From: Podarcis muralis
Taxonomy: Eukaryota
Assembly (NCBI RefSeq): GCF_964188315.1
Contig: NC_135656.1
Coordinates: 4,650,001 to 4,714,000 of the forward strand
DNA length: 64,000 bases
Reading direction: 5' to 3'
Shown: positions 61,742 through 64,000 of the stretch, in pieces
How positions within the stretch are numbered: the first letter of the stretch is position 1
Layout of the letters: every line of letters begins with the position of its first letter
Translations under genes and position numbers: made by a program
Notes under the pieces: model-generated
Seen by the model: the letters and a program-made list of their open reading frames with translations, nothing else
Database searches by the model: none
What the model was told of the DNA's origin: nothing

Positions 61742-61854
61742 ATGAATGGCGGCGATGATTGCTCTGTTGTGGATCGAGGTGGGCGCCTGGCAGTCACACC
61801 TGTGCCCGTGGGCTGGCAGCGCATGGTGGAAGAGGGTGGAGTGCGCTATATCAG
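61742..61854 (+). CDS. MBD6: MBD6 first coding exon (exon begins 61718)
   Basis: MNGGDDCSVVDRGG..VPVGWQR..GVRYIS; AG|gtaagc; 113 coding nt, phase 2. Confidence 0.92.
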
Positions 61855-61879
61855 GTAAGCCTGGCATTATATCTGGTGA

Positions 61880-62285
61880 TGGGGCAGATGGGGCTCATCC
61901 ACCTGGGAAGGCAGCCCATCTAGGAGAAGGGAAACTCTGATCCTAAACCTCCTCTGCCTTGTGGGATATCTTCAGGAGAAGAAAAGGCTATGGAGTAAAC
62001 CCTACACAAATCCAGAGTGGAGTCCCTAAGATGGTTGGATAGCACTTTGTACGCCTCCTTCCTGCAACTCCTGCAGCCAAGCTGGTGCCAAATGTATTGT
62101 TCTGCTTTCCTTTGGACCACATCAGTGAGGCCAAGAGGGGGGTCTTGTTGTCTGGGCAGCCCAGGAGCCCCATACACAGCGTCCAGGCTTGCACCCTTTG
62201 GTGCTGCTAACGCAACACTTTGACTTCACCCTCGGAGGTGCACTCCATTGTCTCTGGAGACAGATGGATGCCAGTGGTGAGCTTC
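61880..62285 (+). repeat. Interspersed repeat, related to 35580-35940
   Basis: Shared sequence blocks with the MARS1 intron 14 copy. Confidence 0.7.
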
Positions 62286-62319
62286 TTGTTCGTCCCCCTG
62301 GTGTACTAGTCCCCTGACA

Positions 62320-62321
62320 CT

Positions 62322-62391
<70 letters not shown>
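62320..62391. repeat. (CTTT)n microsatellite forming the MBD6 polypyrimidine tract
   Basis: Direct reading; ends about 15 nt before the acceptor AG at 62406-62407. Confidence 0.95.
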
Positions 62392-62392
<1 letters not shown>

Positions 62393-62407
62393 CTCCTCCC
62401 CCCATAG

Positions 62408-62510
62408 TCCCAGCGGCACCAGCCTGGCTTCGTTGGAGCAGACTCGTGCATACCTGCTGGCGGACGGCACATGCAAGTGTGGCCTGGAGTGTCCCCTCAA
62501 CATGCATAAG
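62408..62510 (+). CDS. MBD6: MBD6 second coding exon (MBD domain)
   Basis: catag|T; [34 protein letters not shown]; AAG|gtacag; 103 nt. Gene continues beyond the window. Confidence 0.93.
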
Positions 62511-64000
62511 GTACAGAACTTGGGAGAGAGAACCAAAACTGTGCTTGCCACCAGCAGTGGACTCTGGCCTGGAGGTTTTCAACCTTTGCCCAAGTAGTGA
62601 GAATAACGAAAGGAGAACAAAGGTTCACAGTAGGAATTTTGGAGGGTGTGTTACACCGAGTCAGCCCATGGGCCCAATCTAGCTCAGTGTCCTCTGCACC
62701 AATTGGCAGGGGCTCTCCAGAGCTTTCTGAGAAGGGAACATTGCCAACTAGACCTGGAGATGAGAAGGCTTGAACCTCGGACCTTTTGCATGCAAAGCAC
62801 CTGTTTCACCACTGAGCCATGGCCCTTCTTCCGCTAGTGGCCAGGCCTCATTTCAGAAAATGGGAGAGTTGGTCATTTGCTGGGAACCCTAGACTTGCAC
62901 AGGGCCACCAGCCCAGCACTGCCACCATTACTGTTTGTGCTTTCTGCAGAGTGCCCATTCGGGCCAGAGACGTGGGCTGGGGAGGCACCTCTCGTTCCAT
63001 AGCTTTGTAATTCAGCCCCAGAAACTGGATACAGAAAACCAGTCCATCTAGTGCAACATCCTCACAGTGGCCAACCATAAGCCTGTGAGAAGCTCACAAG
63101 CAGGACCTGAGTGCTATTCCCAGCATCCTGCCTCTGACAGTGGAGGTAGACTGCAGGGAATTAAATATGGGGAGTGTTGTGTGGATGCTGCAATTTTGCA
63201 CAAGTGCTGAAAAGAATTGCTGGATGTGGCATTCACTTTCCTAAAGATTCCCAGCCTTTTTAAAGGAAGTTTCTAGCCTTAGGTGTTGCAAAGGCACACT
63301 TAAATGTATGAGAGCAGAGCCTGGTTGATTCTCAGAAACCAAGAGAAGGGGGGCTGTGGGATAATATTTCTACTGGTCTAAGGACGGGGCTCCAGTGCCC
63401 TATTATTCCTTGCTGCTCTCTATGGGAAGACTAAATGAGGCAAAACGAGAAAAAAAGGCAAATTGGCTTAATCTGCACAATATCTCAAGGCTGCAGAATA
63501 CAGCTTTCAGAGAGTACATACAACAGAGAGTTTTCTGCTGTAGAGGTGGGTGCTGCCCTGTTTGGCTTGGGCATTCCTGCTCTGTGATCCTCAGGCTAGA
63601 AAAAGGCCTGACCCTCTACAGTTCTGCCAAATTCTGCCCTTTAATTTGAAGAGCTGCATGCTAGATCCGTGAGCGGGGACATGTTCACCACACTAAGCAC
63701 CAGTAGCTATTTTGGAAAGGAACAGAAAGTGTGTGTGTGGCTTGGTTGGGGTCAGATCTTGTCATTCAGCAGCAGCAGAAGCTGGCAGTGCATCCAGGGC
63801 TCCCTTCTGCCAACAGCACATTCCTAGCTCCTCACAGTGCAGGGGCCGTCCAGCTCTCCACCTCAGGGAAACCTGTTCCGAGTCAGCTGTCATTTGCCAA
63901 AGAACCTCTGCATGTTGCAGAGGATTCTGGGGGGAAATAGGGATGCCCCAGGGAGCTTCACACAGAGTCCCAAGACAGGCCTTTTGCTGACATTCACTCT

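Overview
Vertebrate genomic DNA, most likely a squamate (lacertid-like lizard), inferred from BovB/RTE, Sauria SINE, CR1, L2 and L1 repeats. The window holds the conserved four-gene block ARHGAP9 (-) / MARS1 (+) / DDIT3 (-) / MBD6 (+), in the same order as human 12q13.3. By hand, checking GT-AG sites and exon phases, I reconstructed: three 5' coding exons of ARHGAP9 (SH3 and WW domains); the complete 21-exon MARS1 CDS (19801-43774, 891 aa, or 900 aa with a candidate 27-nt microexon); the complete DDIT3/CHOP gene including its spliced inhibitory uORF; and the first two coding exons of MBD6. The most coherent system is an integrated-stress-response module. MARS1 and DDIT3 carry the identical C/EBP-ATF element GTTGCATCA, converge on back-to-back AATAAA signals 3 nt apart, and DDIT3 has a second proximal poly(A) signal that could switch the sense-antisense overlap on or off. 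Other notable items: a duplicated, frameshifting 3' splice site before MARS1 exon 18; loss of the human MetRS phospho-switch and WHEP tRNA-binding residues; a perfect 49-bp hairpin and a microsatellite-built splice acceptor in MBD6; and a uORF whose stop overlaps the MBD6 start. Comparisons to human or mouse residues come from recalled reference sequences, not from a search. There is one assembly gap (25415-25555). Most ORF-track entries are spurious or repeat-derived.
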